Assembly (NCBI GenBank): GCA_031278735.1
Contig: JAITJU010000181.1
Span: forward strand, 1-33,826
DNA: 33,826 nucleotides
Source of the DNA: Zoogloeaceae bacterium
GTDB taxonomy: Bacteria; Pseudomonadota; Gammaproteobacteria; Burkholderiales; Rhodocyclaceae
Direction: 5' to 3'
Below, piece after piece: positions 1 to 9,817 of this stretch (positions are counted from its first letter, which is position 1; every line of letters starts with the position of its first letter). A program made the translations under genes and the position numbers. A model generated the notes under the pieces. It saw only the letters and a list, made by a program, of their open reading frames with translations. It had not been told where the DNA came from and ran no database searches.

Positions 1-167
1 TTCCCGCCAGCGTTTGCAGGAGTTTGCCGTCGGCGGGCACATCAATGTCGCGCTCGCCGTTGATGTTGATCCGGACATCGCCGCTGCTGACCAGACAGAA
101 TGATGCTCGCCAGCGCGAGCACCACGGCGGTGAACATGCCGATGGCAAGTATGATTTCCTGGGTCAT
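1..167 (-). pseudogene. nqrF: Na+-translocating NADH:quinone reductase subunit F, 5' end with apparent frameshift (runs off window)
   Basis: ATG at 167 after an AAGGA RBS gives MTQEIILAIGMFTAVVLALASIIL. After one extra base (position 95) the other frame reads LVSSGDVRININGERDIDVPADGKLLQTLAG. Together these match the NqrF N-terminal anchor and the start of the ferredoxin domain. The original frame stops after 41 aa. Confidence 0.75.
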
Positions 168-240
168 GGGTTTTCCTTGAAAGGGTCTACAGAACTTTCG
201 TCAGGGGGTACAAACAGGGTTTTATCCGTTCTTTCCTGCT

Positions 241-307
241 CTTGTCCCGGCATTTTCTGGATCGAATTCATGGTGAAGCGTTCGGGATCATTTGTCCAGC
301 CTTTCAT
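241..307 (-). mobile_element. Possible degraded 3' tip of an IS481-family transposase
   Basis: Minus-strand translation KGWTNDPERFTMNSIQKMPG resembles, from memory, the C-terminal WT..PERF...P.HQMPG motif of proteobacterial IS481 transposases. Very short; no catalytic core present. Confidence 0.4.
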
Positions 308-321
308 GGCGATATATCAGG

Positions 322-369
322 AGCATCATCCTACATGATGCTAGGAGCATTGTACACAAGGTACACAAG
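322..369. promoter_or_regulatory. Operator-like palindrome plus tandem 9-mer in the divergent nqrF/ilvD spacer
   Basis: AGCATCAT-N5-ATGATGCT perfect inverted repeat (322-342); GTACACAAG x2 (352-369). Confidence 0.35.
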
Positions 370-593
370 GCAAGACTTTTCGCGCCGTCACCCGCCATTC
401 AGGCGGAACGCGATGCCGTCATCCCGGCGGCGTCCGTCATGGCGCGGCGCGGGCTTTTCAATGGAACGGACAGAGAAACGGCAAACAGGCCAATACGACC
501 GCGACAGACAGAGATTCCTTCTCGTCTTTCCCAAGCCGCGCTCCAAACCTTTACAATTTCCGTTTTTCAAATTCGCGCCAACGGAGAATCCTC

Positions 594-2447
594 ATGCCGC
601 AATATCGTTCCCACATTTCCACCCACGGTCGCAACATGGCGGGCGCGCGCGCCTTGTGGCGGGCGACCGGCATGAAGGAAAAGGATTTTTCAAAACCCAT
701 CGTCGCCGTGGTCAACTCGTTTACCCAGTTCGTGCCGGGGCACGTGCATCTCAAGGACATCGGTGCGCTCGTGGCGCAAGAAATCGAGGCGGCGGGCGGC
801 ATCGCCAGGGAATTCAACACCATCGCCATTGACGACGGCATCGCCATGGGGCATGACGGCATGTTGTACTCGCTGCCTTCCCGCGATCTCATCGCCGATT
901 CGGTCGAATACATGGTCAATGCCCATTGCGCCGACGCCATGGTGTGCATTTCCAATTGCGACAAGATTACCCCCGGCATGTTGATGGCCGCCATGCGCCT
1001 CAACCTTCCCGCCGTGTTCGTCTCCGGCGGGCCGATGGAGGCGGGCAGGCTGGAAAGGGAGAACCGCGTCATCAAGCTGGATTTGATCGACGCCATGGTG
1101 AAGGCCGCCGACGCGAAGGTTTCCGACGCCGATGTCGCGGCCATCGAGGAAGTCGCCTGCCCGACCTGCGGCTCCTGTTCCGGCATGTTTACCGCCAATT
1201 CCATGAACTGCCTGACCGAGGCGATGGGTTTGTCGCTTCCCGGCAACGGCACGCTGGTCGCCACGCATGCCGACAGGAAGGGGCTTTTTATCCGCGCCGG
1301 GCGGCTCATCGTCGAATTGTGCAAACGCTATTACGAACAGGACGACGCCGCCATCCTGCCGCGTTCCATCGCCAGAAAGGCGGCATTCGAGAACGCCATG
1401 AGCCTGGATGTGGCGATGGGCGGCTCCACCAATACCGTGCTGCACCTGCTGGCGGTCGCCCACGAGGCGGGCGTCGATTTCACGATGGCCGATATCGACC
1501 GCATTTCCCGCAAGGTGCCGTGCCTGTGCAAGGTCGCGCCCGCCACCGATCGCTATCACGTCGAGGACGTACACCGGGCGGGCGGCGTCCTGGGCATCCT
1601 GGCGGAATTGTCGCGCGCCGGTCTCCTTGACCGCTCGCTGCCCACGGTATATGCCCGAACCCTGGGCGAAGCCGTGGACGCGCGGGATGTCGTCACGACC
1701 GCCGACCCCGATGTGCTGGAATTCTACCGGGCTGCGCCCGGCAACGCGCCGAGCCGGGAAGCCTTTTCCCAATCCCGCCGCTGGCCGGAACTTGACCTCG
1801 ACCGCGCGCGGGGCTGTATCCGCAATCAGGCCAATGCCTATTCCCAGGACGGCGGCCTGGCCGTGCTTTACGGCAACATCGCCGAAAAGGGTTGCATCGT
1901 GAAAACCGCAGGCGTGGATGACTCCATCCTTACCTTCACCGGCAGGGCGCGGGTGTTCGAGAGTCAGGAAGAAGCGGTGGAAGGCATCCTGAATGACCAG
2001 GTCAAGGCGGGCGATGTGGTGGTGATTCGCTACGAAGGTCCGCAGGGCGGGCCGGGGATGCAGGAAATGCTCTACCCGACGAGTTACCTGAAATCAAAGG
2101 GGCTGGGCAAATCCTGCGCGCTCCTGACCGATGGCCGTTTTTCCGGCGGCACCTCCGGGCTTTCCATCGGCCACGTCTCGCCGGAAGCCGCCAACGGCGG
2201 CGCGATCGGGCTTATCGAGGAAGGCGACGCGATAGCAATCGACATCCCCCGGCGCCGCATCCGTCTGGAAGTTGCGGACGCCGAACTTGCCCGCCGCCGC
2301 GCCGCGATGAACGCAAAAGGCGACGCCGCCTGGCACCCGTCGAATCGGCAACGGAGCGTCTCCCCGGCGCTGCAAGCCTACGCGCTCTTTGCCACTTCCG
2401 CCGACCGGGGCGCGGTGCGGGATCTGACGCAGGTCAAGCGCGCCTGA
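594..2447 (+). CDS. ilvD: Dihydroxy-acid dehydratase
   Basis: 617 aa; [66 protein letters not shown]; TACAAT -10 candidate at 552-557. Confidence 0.97.
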   Translation: MPQYRSHISTHGRNMAGARALWRATGMKEKDFSKPIVAVVNSFTQFVPGHVHLKDIGALVAQEIEAAGGIAREFNTIAIDDGIAMGHDGMLYSLPSRDLIADSVEYMVNAHCADAMVCISNCDKITPGMLMAAMRLNLPAVFVSGGPMEAGRLERENRVIKLDLIDAMVKAADAKVSDADVAAIEEVACPTCGSCSGMFTANSMNCLTEAMGLSLPGNGTLVATHADRKGLFIRAGRLIVELCKRYYEQDDAAILPRSIARKAAFENAMSLDVAMGGSTNTVLHLLAVAHEAGVDFTMADIDRISRKVPCLCKVAPATDRYHVEDVHRAGGVLGILAELSRAGLLDRSLPTVYARTLGEAVDARDVVTTADPDVLEFYRAAPGNAPSREAFSQSRRWPELDLDRARGCIRNQANAYSQDGGLAVLYGNIAEKGCIVKTAGVDDSILTFTGRARVFESQEEAVEGILNDQVKAGDVVVIRYEGPQGGPGMQEMLYPTSYLKSKGLGKSCALLTDGRFSGGTSGLSIGHVSPEAANGGAIGLIEEGDAIAIDIPRRRIRLEVADAELARRRAAMNAKGDAAWHPSNRQRSVSPALQAYALFATSADRGAVRDLTQVKRA

Positions 2448-2475
2448 CGAACTGTTCGCCCGCCTGCAATGCCAT

Positions 2476-2501
2476 CGCGCGGACGCGCCGCCGTCCGCGC
2501 G
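2476..2501. terminator. GC-rich hairpin between convergent ilvD and parE
   Basis: CGCGCGGACG-6 nt loop-CGTCCGCGCG; no strong U-tract. Confidence 0.4.
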
Positions 2502-2538
2502 GCGTTTCCCGAAGATTGCCCGCGCCCCTCACAAAACG

Positions 2539-4488
2539 CTATGCGTCCGCGCCGACCAGCGCGCCGTTTTGTTCCATCCAGGCGCGGCGCCCCGCGGATT
2601 CGTTCTTCGCCATGAGCATGTTCATCAGCGGCTCCGCTTCTTCCGGACGAGGCAGGCGCACACGCATCAGGCGGCGGGTGTCCGGGCACATGGTGGTCTC
2701 CCAGAGTTGCTCCGGGTTCATTTCACCCAGACCCTTGAAGCGGGAAATATTGACGTTTTCCAGACGGATTTTTTCCCGTCGCAGCTTGTCCAGTTCCGCT
2801 TCGCGCTCGCTTTCGTCCAGCGCGTAGACCTTGCGCGGCGGACGGTTCTTGCCTTGCCCCGGCACATCCAGACGATAGAGCGGCGGCTGCGCGAAGTAGA
2901 GATGCCCCTGTTCCACCAGCTTGGGAAAATGACGATAAAACAGGGCGCACAACAACACGCGGATGTGCGAACCATCCACATCGGCGTCGGTCATGATCAC
3001 GACCTTGCCATAGCGCAGACTGGCAAGCACGCTGTCGTCGGATTCCGGCGGATGCGGGTCTATGCCCAGCGCCACGGCGATGTCGTGGATTTCCCGGTTG
3101 GCGTACAGACTGCCGGGTTCGACTTCCCAGGTATTCAGCACCTTGCCGCGCAGGGGCAGAATGGCCTGGATCTCCTTGTCGCGCCCAGATTTGGCGGAAC
3201 CGCCCGCCGAATCGCCCTCGACCAGAAAAAGCTCGTTGCGGCGGATGTCCTCGGACTGACAATCGGAGAGTTTTCCGGGAAGAATGGCGGCGCCGGATTG
3301 CTTGCGCTTTTCCACTTTCTGTACGGCGCGATTGCGCGTCTGGGCGGCGCGAATGGCGAGTTCCGCCACTTTTTTCGCCGCTTCTGGATGCCCGGTCAGC
3401 CAGAATTCCAGCGGATCGCGCAACATGCGGACGACCAGCGGCATGGCGTCGCGCGAGTTGAGCCGCTCCTTGGTTTGTCCCTGAAAGGAAGGATCCAGCA
3501 CCTTCGCGGAAAGGACGAAACTCATGCGCGAAAACACGTCTTCGGCGGCGAGTTTGACGCCCTTGGGAATCAGGGCATGGTGTTCGCAGAAATTCTTGAC
3601 GGCCTCGAAAGCCGCCTGCCGCAACCCCGCCTCATGGGTGCCGCCCGCTGGCGTGGGAATGAGATTGACGTAGGATTCACGCGCCAGCGCGCCTTCCGTC
3701 GTCCAGCAAAGGGCGCAGGCCGCGCCCGCGCCCTGGGGAAAATTTTCGTCCTGCGCCTGAACGTATTTTTCGCTGACGAACAGGGGCGCCGCCAGTTCGC
3801 CCTGAATCTGCTCGGAGAGATATTGCCGCATCCCCTGATCGAAGCGCCAGAGGCGCGTCTCGCCGCCTTCGATGACGAAGCCGACTTCCAGTCCCGGCAA
3901 CAGCACGGCCTTGCTGCGCAGCAGGCGTTCCAGTTCGGGCGGGGAGATTCGCGGCGTGTCGAAAAATTGCGCGTCCGGCCAGGCGCGCGTCCAGGTGCCG
4001 CTCTGCCGTCGGGACGCCTCGCCGATTCGCCGCAGCGGCTCCACGACCTTGCCGCCCGCAAAGACTATCCGGTAACGCGCGCCATCACGGGCAACTTCCA
4101 CTTCCAGGCGCGAAGAAAGCGCGTTGGTGACGGAAACCCCCACGCCATGCAAGCCGCCGGAAAAACGATACGCCGAATCGCCCTCGTTTTTGTTGAACTT
4201 GCCGCCCGCGTGCAAATGGGTAAAAACCACTTCCACGCTGGGAACGCCTTCCACGGGATGCATATCCACGGGAATGCCGCGCCCGTCATCCTGAACCGAG
4301 ATCGAATGATCGGAGTGGAGCGTGACCTGGATGCGCTTGCAATACCCCGCCAGGGCTTCATCGGCGGCGTTGTCGATCATCTCCTGAACGATGTGCAGGG
4401 GCGAATCCGTGCGGGTGTACATGCCGGGAAGATGACGAACGGGTTCCAGTCCCTTGAGGACGGCAATGGAATGGGCGGTGTAACTCAT
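2539..4488 (-). CDS. parE: DNA topoisomerase IV subunit B
   Basis: 649 aa; LKGLEPVR..PGMY, E.IDNA.DE, HAGGKF, GGLHGVGVSV, VEGDSAGGS, PLRGK, DADVDG, RFKGLGEMNP. Lacks the long GyrB insertion. Confidence 0.95.
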   Translation of the reverse strand: MSYTAHSIAVLKGLEPVRHLPGMYTRTDSPLHIVQEMIDNAADEALAGYCKRIQVTLHSDHSISVQDDGRGIPVDMHPVEGVPSVEVVFTHLHAGGKFNKNEGDSAYRFSGGLHGVGVSVTNALSSRLEVEVARDGARYRIVFAGGKVVEPLRRIGEASRRQSGTWTRAWPDAQFFDTPRISPPELERLLRSKAVLLPGLEVGFVIEGGETRLWRFDQGMRQYLSEQIQGELAAPLFVSEKYVQAQDENFPQGAGAACALCWTTEGALARESYVNLIPTPAGGTHEAGLRQAAFEAVKNFCEHHALIPKGVKLAAEDVFSRMSFVLSAKVLDPSFQGQTKERLNSRDAMPLVVRMLRDPLEFWLTGHPEAAKKVAELAIRAAQTRNRAVQKVEKRKQSGAAILPGKLSDCQSEDIRRNELFLVEGDSAGGSAKSGRDKEIQAILPLRGKVLNTWEVEPGSLYANREIHDIAVALGIDPHPPESDDSVLASLRYGKVVIMTDADVDGSHIRVLLCALFYRHFPKLVEQGHLYFAQPPLYRLDVPGQGKNRPPRKVYALDESEREAELDKLRREKIRLENVNISRFKGLGEMNPEQLWETTMCPDTRRLMRVRLPRPEEAEPLMNMLMAKNESAGRRAWMEQNGALVGADA

Positions 4489-4682
4489 CAGGGATCAGGA
4501 GTCAGGGAATGGCAGACGGCGGATCGTAAGGGGCGCGGCGGGGAATCGCAAGCCTTTGGCGGTGAAGCGGGACGCAAATCCGATCCGGGCGGCCAGGCAG
4601 GTATGCAATCGCGCTTTTCTGTTTACCAATGCCTTCAAGCGGAGGAAAATGCGGAATCAGACAGATTCATTTTTTTGTCATC

Positions 4683-6221
4683 ATGAAAAAAAGCCTTCCC
4701 CCCGCGTTTTCGCCGGAAAAATCACAACTGTCCCTGTATTGCCGCGACAGCCTGCGGCATCTGGAATCGCTGTATGCCGATGCGGCGTTGATGCGGCGCG
4801 CCGGAGCGGCGGCGGCGGCATGGGCGGAAGATTTGCTGGGCGCGCCGCATGTTCCGGCGGCAACAACGGTATTGGTGCTGGCGGGGCCGGGGAACAATGG
4901 CGGCGACGCGCTGACGATGGCAACCTTGTTGCGGCGGCGGCAGGTTTCCGTCATCACGATATTGCATGGGGAGGTCGAACACCTGCCGAAAGACGCGGCG
5001 CAGGCGTACCGGCAGTTCGTGGACGAAGGCGGCGCGTTTGTGCCGGAAATACCGCCCGAAGCGCGTTGCGACCTGATTGTCGACGGATTGTTCGGCATTG
5101 GCCTGACGCGCGCCCTGACCGACGACGCGGCGCAGCTGGTGGAAGCGGCCAACCGGTTGGCGCGGGAATGGAACTGCCCCTTGCTGGCGCTGGATTGCCC
5201 TTCCGGCCTGAATACGGATACGGGCTTTTGTCAGGGCGCGGTCATTCGCGCCACGCACACGCTGGCTTTCATCGCGGCCAAACCAGGCTTCTATACGGCG
5301 AATGGCGCGGATTGCTGCGGCCAGATTCGCGTCGATAGCCTGGGAATCGCGCCAGACGCGCTGCGTTCGCCCGACGGACAGCGGATTACGCCAGACATGT
5401 TCGCGCATTGCCTGCGACCCCGCAAATATAACTCGCACAAAGGCATTTACGGCAATGTCGGCGTGATTGGCGGCACGCATTCAATGTCGGGCGCAGCCCT
5501 GCTGGCGGGACGCGCGGCCCTGAAGCTGGGCGCGGGCTGCGTTTTTCTCGGATTGCTGGATACGCAGGCGCCAAGCGTGGACTTCCTGCACCCGGAAATC
5601 ATGATCCGCAAGCCCGAAAGCGTGTTCGACGCAATTTTGAGCGCGCTGGCATGTGGCCCCGGCATGGGACGCAGCGATCACGCCGCCGAATTGCTGGAAC
5701 TGGCCATCAACTATCCGGCGCCCCTGGTTCTGGACGCGGACGCGCTCAATCTGCTGGCCTTTGACGACAATCTGCAAAACGCGCTGCTTGGCCGCAAAAT
5801 AGCGACCCTCCTGACGCCGCATCCCGCCGAGGCCGCGCGCCTTCTGGATTTGCAGACGGCGGATATTCAGCAAAACCGCATCCGCATGGCGCAGGAGCTT
5901 GCCCGTCGCTATCACGCCTGGATTGTGCTGAAAGGCAGCGGCAGCGTCATCAGCGCGCCGGACGGCGCGTGGTGGCTCAATACCACCGGCAATCCGGGTT
6001 TGTCCGGCCCCGGTTTTGGCGACGTGCTGTCGGGGATGTTGCTGGCGCTGCTGGGACAGGGCTGGCCGCCTGACGCCGCCCTGCAGGCGGCGGCGCATTT
6101 GCACGGTCAGGCGGCGGATGATTTGGTCGACACCGGAACAGGCCCGGTGGGATTGTGCGCCGGAGAACTCATCGACGCCGCGCGCGCCCGCTTCAATGAT
6201 TGGTTGCGAGAGCGCCAATGA
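4683..6221 (+). CDS. nnr: Bifunctional NAD(P)H-hydrate epimerase/dehydratase (YjeF)
   Basis: GPGNNGGD, IVDGLFGIG, LDCPSG (epimerase); HKG.YG, GPGMG, LDADALN, LTPHPAEAARL, GNPGL..G.GDVL (dehydratase). Start at ATG 4683 is a best guess. Confidence 0.92.
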   Translation: MKKSLPPAFSPEKSQLSLYCRDSLRHLESLYADAALMRRAGAAAAAWAEDLLGAPHVPAATTVLVLAGPGNNGGDALTMATLLRRRQVSVITILHGEVEHLPKDAAQAYRQFVDEGGAFVPEIPPEARCDLIVDGLFGIGLTRALTDDAAQLVEAANRLAREWNCPLLALDCPSGLNTDTGFCQGAVIRATHTLAFIAAKPGFYTANGADCCGQIRVDSLGIAPDALRSPDGQRITPDMFAHCLRPRKYNSHKGIYGNVGVIGGTHSMSGAALLAGRAALKLGAGCVFLGLLDTQAPSVDFLHPEIMIRKPESVFDAILSALACGPGMGRSDHAAELLELAINYPAPLVLDADALNLLAFDDNLQNALLGRKIATLLTPHPAEAARLLDLQTADIQQNRIRMAQELARRYHAWIVLKGSGSVISAPDGAWWLNTTGNPGLSGPGFGDVLSGMLLALLGQGWPPDAALQAAAHLHGQAADDLVDTGTGPVGLCAGELIDAARARFNDWLRERQ

Positions 6222-7264
6222 GTTTTCTGGATTGGTTCTTGGGCAAGCGCGAGGCAGAGTCGCCGGAGACGGCGGCGGCCATCGACAGTCTGATAAAAAC
6301 CATAGACCCGCGTCTTCTGGCGATTTCCGACGCTCCGGCGCAGCTTGCGCCTGCCGTTGCGAACGCGTTGACTTTCTGTCGGCGCGTGGCGAATGAAATG
6401 CCCGGTCCGTTGGACGCCTCCCTTGCGCATTGGCGCGCCGCGCCGCTGCTGTGCGCCTTGTTTGCGCGCAGCGACGAACTGCAACAGACTTTCAGCCGCC
6501 AGGACGAAGTGCGCGATTATCTGGACGAACAGCCGCTCGCGCCGCAGTTCTATGCCCTGCTGGGCGCGGTTTGCGAGGAGAGGAAGGATTTTGGCGTGGT
6601 GCTGGAAAATGAGGCGCTGCGTTCGGATGTGGCGGTGACCAGCCTGAATTTTGCGCGCCACCGTATTTTTTTACCGCGCGTGGAACTGGCGACTTTTTCC
6701 CGTGATCTGGTATGGGCGTTGTTCCAGCAACTGACGCTGGAAATCCTGCACCAACTTTCGCAAATGAAGGAAGACGCCGCCGAGCGGCGCGAGGAGATCG
6801 CCTTCTTGCGCGCCCAGCTTGCCTATCATGGACAGCAGGATGGACTGGGCGAAATGCTGACGCTGGCCGTGCCGGAAAAAACGGAAAAAACGGAAAAGAC
6901 GGAAAAGACGGCGAATGCGGACGCGCCGGAGACGCTGGAATCCCTGGCGCGCCAGCTGGCCGAAAGGGAGGCTGCGCTGAAGACGGCGGACGCGCCGTTA
7001 CAGAATCTGGAAAACACGCTGCGCTGGATAATCCAGCGTCTTGCCGATCCCGCGCGGCTCTTCAACGTGCGGACATTTTGCTATCGCATCAACAACATCA
7101 ATCAAGTGGTTGCCGACGATCAGCCCGGGCTGGATTTGCGCTTCTGTCATTTCAGCGTCCATGCGCCCACGCCGCGCCAGGGAATATTGCTGCGCGTCGC
7201 ATATCCCGTCGATGAGCTGCTGCCCCGGCGCCAAATTGCGGCGCAAAGAGCGCAACTTCTCTAA
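6218..7264 (+). CDS. Hypothetical protein with a coiled-coil-like central region
   Basis: 348 aa from an ATG overlapping the nnr stop (ATGA); codon usage like its neighbours; no recognised catalytic motif. Confidence 0.75.
   Translation: MSFLDWFLGKREAESPETAAAIDSLIKTIDPRLLAISDAPAQLAPAVANALTFCRRVANEMPGPLDASLAHWRAAPLLCALFARSDELQQTFSRQDEVRDYLDEQPLAPQFYALLGAVCEERKDFGVVLENEALRSDVAVTSLNFARHRIFLPRVELATFSRDLVWALFQQLTLEILHQLSQMKEDAAERREEIAFLRAQLAYHGQQDGLGEMLTLAVPEKTEKTEKTEKTANADAPETLESLARQLAEREAALKTADAPLQNLENTLRWIIQRLADPARLFNVRTFCYRINNINQVVADDQPGLDLRFCHFSVHAPTPRQGILLRVAYPVDELLPRRQIAAQRAQLL
6873..6911 (+). repeat. In-frame 9-bp tandem repeat (EKT x4)
   Basis: CGGAAAAAA CGGAAAAAA CGGAAAAGA CGGAAAAGA CGG. 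Confidence 0.85.
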
Positions 7265-7375
7265 AAGCCGTCACGCCTTCCCCCGCGCCGGAAGCCCGCG
7301 CAATGGCGCTATAATCCTGAGCGCAGCGGCAGATACGCTGCCTATACGATAAATCGGGCAAAAGGAGAGCGCATC

Positions 7376-7894
7376 ATGGCGAGGCAGAAAAAAGGCGTTT
7401 CCGCGCCTGCCCGCAACAAGACAAGGAAATACCGGGTATTGTTTGTCTGCATGGGCAACATCTGCCGTTCGCCAACGGCGGCGGGCATATTCCGGCGGCT
7501 TTTGCGGCAACGCAAACTGGAAAACGAATTCGAGGTGGATTCCGCCGGAACGCATGGCTACCACATCGGTGAAGCGCCGGATTCGCGCACGCAACGGGCG
7601 GCGGCGGCGCGCGGCTACGATCTTTCCGGAATGCGCGCCCGCAAGGTAACGCAGCGGGATTTACAGCATTTTGATCTGGTGCTGGCAATGGATAGGGTGA
7701 ATCTGGATAGCCTGCGCCACATGAGCGCGCCCGCGCAATACGAGAAAATCCGCCTGTTCATGCCATTTTCCCGGAACTTCGACGACGCCGAGGTTCCCGA
7801 TCCCTACTATGGACTGGGTTACGGCTTCGACGTGGTCATCGACATGGTGGAAGACGCCGCCGACGGATTGCTGCAATCAATTCTCGCGTCATGA
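7376..7894 (+). CDS. Low-molecular-weight protein-tyrosine phosphatase
   Basis: VLFVCMGNICRSP (CX5R), DSAGT..YH.G, VPDPYYG. AAGGAG RBS; TATAAT at 7310-7315. Confidence 0.95.
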   Translation: MARQKKGVSAPARNKTRKYRVLFVCMGNICRSPTAAGIFRRLLRQRKLENEFEVDSAGTHGYHIGEAPDSRTQRAAAARGYDLSGMRARKVTQRDLQHFDLVLAMDRVNLDSLRHMSAPAQYEKIRLFMPFSRNFDDAEVPDPYYGLGYGFDVVIDMVEDAADGLLQSILAS

Positions 7895-8040
7895 ACTCGC
7901 CCTTTGCGCTTGTCCGCGGTCTCATCTCAATCTCCTAGAGACGGACGCAAGCATCATCGGGCGGGAAATCGGTATTTCACCGCTTGGCATGTTTTTCTTC
8001 CGCCGCATTCAAAGCCGTCCCGGCCAATGCGGCGCAATGG

Positions 8041-9660
8041 TCAGCCTTCCTGTTGCCGAATCCGCAATGTTGTGCCGATTTGCAGGACTTTTCCGGCCAG
8101 GCGATTCCAGCGTATCAGGTCTTCGAGATTGACGCGATAGCGTTTGGCGATGGAAAAGAGTGTGTCGCCTTTTTGCACGGTGTGATGCGCCACGCGGGGC
8201 GCTTCCCGCGCGGGAAGCGCATCTGGCGCGGGAAGTTTTTTCTTCGCGGGCGTTGGCGCGGCGTTCCTCGCCGCAAGCAGGTAGGCGGGTTTGCCGTTCT
8301 GGGCGGCGACCGGGTTGATCATCATCTGCGCGCCCGCCCGAATGCGGTTGGTTCTGAGACGATTCAGGCGCTTCAGGGCAACCACGGGCATTTTGTATTT
8401 TCGGGCAATGCCCGACAGGGTTTCGCCGGATCGCACCGTATGGAAGCGGGCGAAAGCAAAGCGAGCGTCCGGTCGCGCCGCCAGCGCCAGAAAGTCGGCA
8501 TGATCCAGCGCCGCCTCGCCCTGGGCGGGCGTCAGCAGGGTAATGCCCGCGCCGACCGTGGTCTGGAAGGGAGAAATGCCGTTGATGAGTTTCAGATTCT
8601 CGACCGACAGACCAAAACGCGGCGCGATCATTTCCAGCGTTTCCCCGGCTTTCAGGGTATAGGCTTGCCAGCTGATCAGGGGAGCCTCGTATTGGCGCAG
8701 GTTTGCCTGAAAATCATCCGCGCGGTCAGCGGGAATGATGAGGGTGCTCTGCGCCGGAATGATGGGACGGTTATGCGCCGGATTCAGGGCGGCGAATTCC
8801 TCCAGAGGCATTCCGGCGAAGCGGGCGGCAAGTTCGATATCCATTGCCGCATCCGTCGCCAGAATATGAAAATAGGGCTGATTGGGCACTTCGGGAATGC
8901 CCAGTTCCGCCACGCGATCCGGGGCGGCGAAAATGTTTTTCAGGGCTTGTAGCTTGGGCACGTAATGGCGGGTTTCGTTGGGCAGGTCAAGACTGGAAAA
9001 GTCGGTCGGCAGACCCTTGGCGGCGTTCTTGCTCTTGGCGCGCGCGACCGCGCCTTCGCCCCAGTTGTAGGAAGCCAGCGCCAGATGCCAGTCGCCGTGA
9101 AATTCGTACAGGTATTGCAGATAATCCAGCGCGGCGCTGGTGGAGGCCACGATGTCGCGGCGCTGATCCTGCCACCAATTCTGTTCGAGATGAAAAATCC
9201 TGCCGGTGGAAGGGACAAACTGCCATAAACCGGAAGCCTGTGCCGGAGAGTAGGCCAGCGGGTTGTAGGCGCTTTCCACCATCGGCAGGAGCGCCAGTTC
9301 GGTGGGCATTCCCCGTTGTTCGACTTCGCCGACAATGTGATGCAGATACAGGCGGCTGCGCTCGACCATGCGCCGCAGGTATTCGGGATTCGACTGGTAA
9401 TGCTGCTGCTGCCGCGACACCAGATCATCTTCCAGATCGGGCATGAGGAATCCGTTCCGCACCCGCTCCCACAAATCGGGCGTCGACGTGGTGAGATCGA
9501 TGGCCTTGGGAATATCCGGCGGTAACGGCATTTCCTCGGCGAGAATCGGAACGTCCGCGTCAATGGATTCGGCGGCGACCGGCGCGGAAAGAACGACGCC
9601 CGTCAGCAAAAGCGCGGCGCGTCCGGCAAGGCGCAAGTTCATGAACAAACGATTTCTCAT
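8041..9660 (-). CDS. mltD: Lytic murein transglycosylase D with LysM repeats
   Basis: SLT motifs LPMVESAYNP, ASGLWQF, LALASYNWGEG, ETRHYVPKL; three LysM repeats; signal-like N-terminus. Start at 9660 chosen because a TATAAT overlaps the 9717 ATG. Confidence 0.9.
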   Translation of the reverse strand: MRNRLFMNLRLAGRAALLLTGVVLSAPVAAESIDADVPILAEEMPLPPDIPKAIDLTTSTPDLWERVRNGFLMPDLEDDLVSRQQQHYQSNPEYLRRMVERSRLYLHHIVGEVEQRGMPTELALLPMVESAYNPLAYSPAQASGLWQFVPSTGRIFHLEQNWWQDQRRDIVASTSAALDYLQYLYEFHGDWHLALASYNWGEGAVARAKSKNAAKGLPTDFSSLDLPNETRHYVPKLQALKNIFAAPDRVAELGIPEVPNQPYFHILATDAAMDIELAARFAGMPLEEFAALNPAHNRPIIPAQSTLIIPADRADDFQANLRQYEAPLISWQAYTLKAGETLEMIAPRFGLSVENLKLINGISPFQTTVGAGITLLTPAQGEAALDHADFLALAARPDARFAFARFHTVRSGETLSGIARKYKMPVVALKRLNRLRTNRIRAGAQMMINPVAAQNGKPAYLLAARNAAPTPAKKKLPAPDALPAREAPRVAHHTVQKGDTLFSIAKRYRVNLEDLIRWNRLAGKVLQIGTTLRIRQQEG

Positions 9661-9715
9661 CCGGCGTTCCCTGGAAGGTTTTTCGGCAACGCGGCGAAGC
9701 CGCGAGAACCCGCGC

Positions 9716-9744
9716 ATTATAGGATTAGAGGACAGGGGACGGAA
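9716..9744 (-). promoter_or_regulatory. Putative sigma70 promoter of mltD
   Basis: Minus strand TTCCGT-17 nt-TATAAT. Confidence 0.5.
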
Positions 9745-9817
9745 AGCCGTTCGTTTACGGGCGCGAAAGCAAGCGCCCGCATGGGTTACCGTTTTCTCTC
9801 CCCTGTCTTTTGAAACG

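Noticed and set aside
24-832. Short plus-strand ORFs before ilvD
   Set aside because: No motifs; they overlap the nqrF remnant and the ilvD promoter/start.
4487-4509. Degenerate TCAGG(G/A) heptamer repeats before parE
   Set aside because: Only three imperfect copies; no evidence of function.
2569-4686. 705-aa plus-strand ORF
   Set aside because: Antisense shadow of parE.
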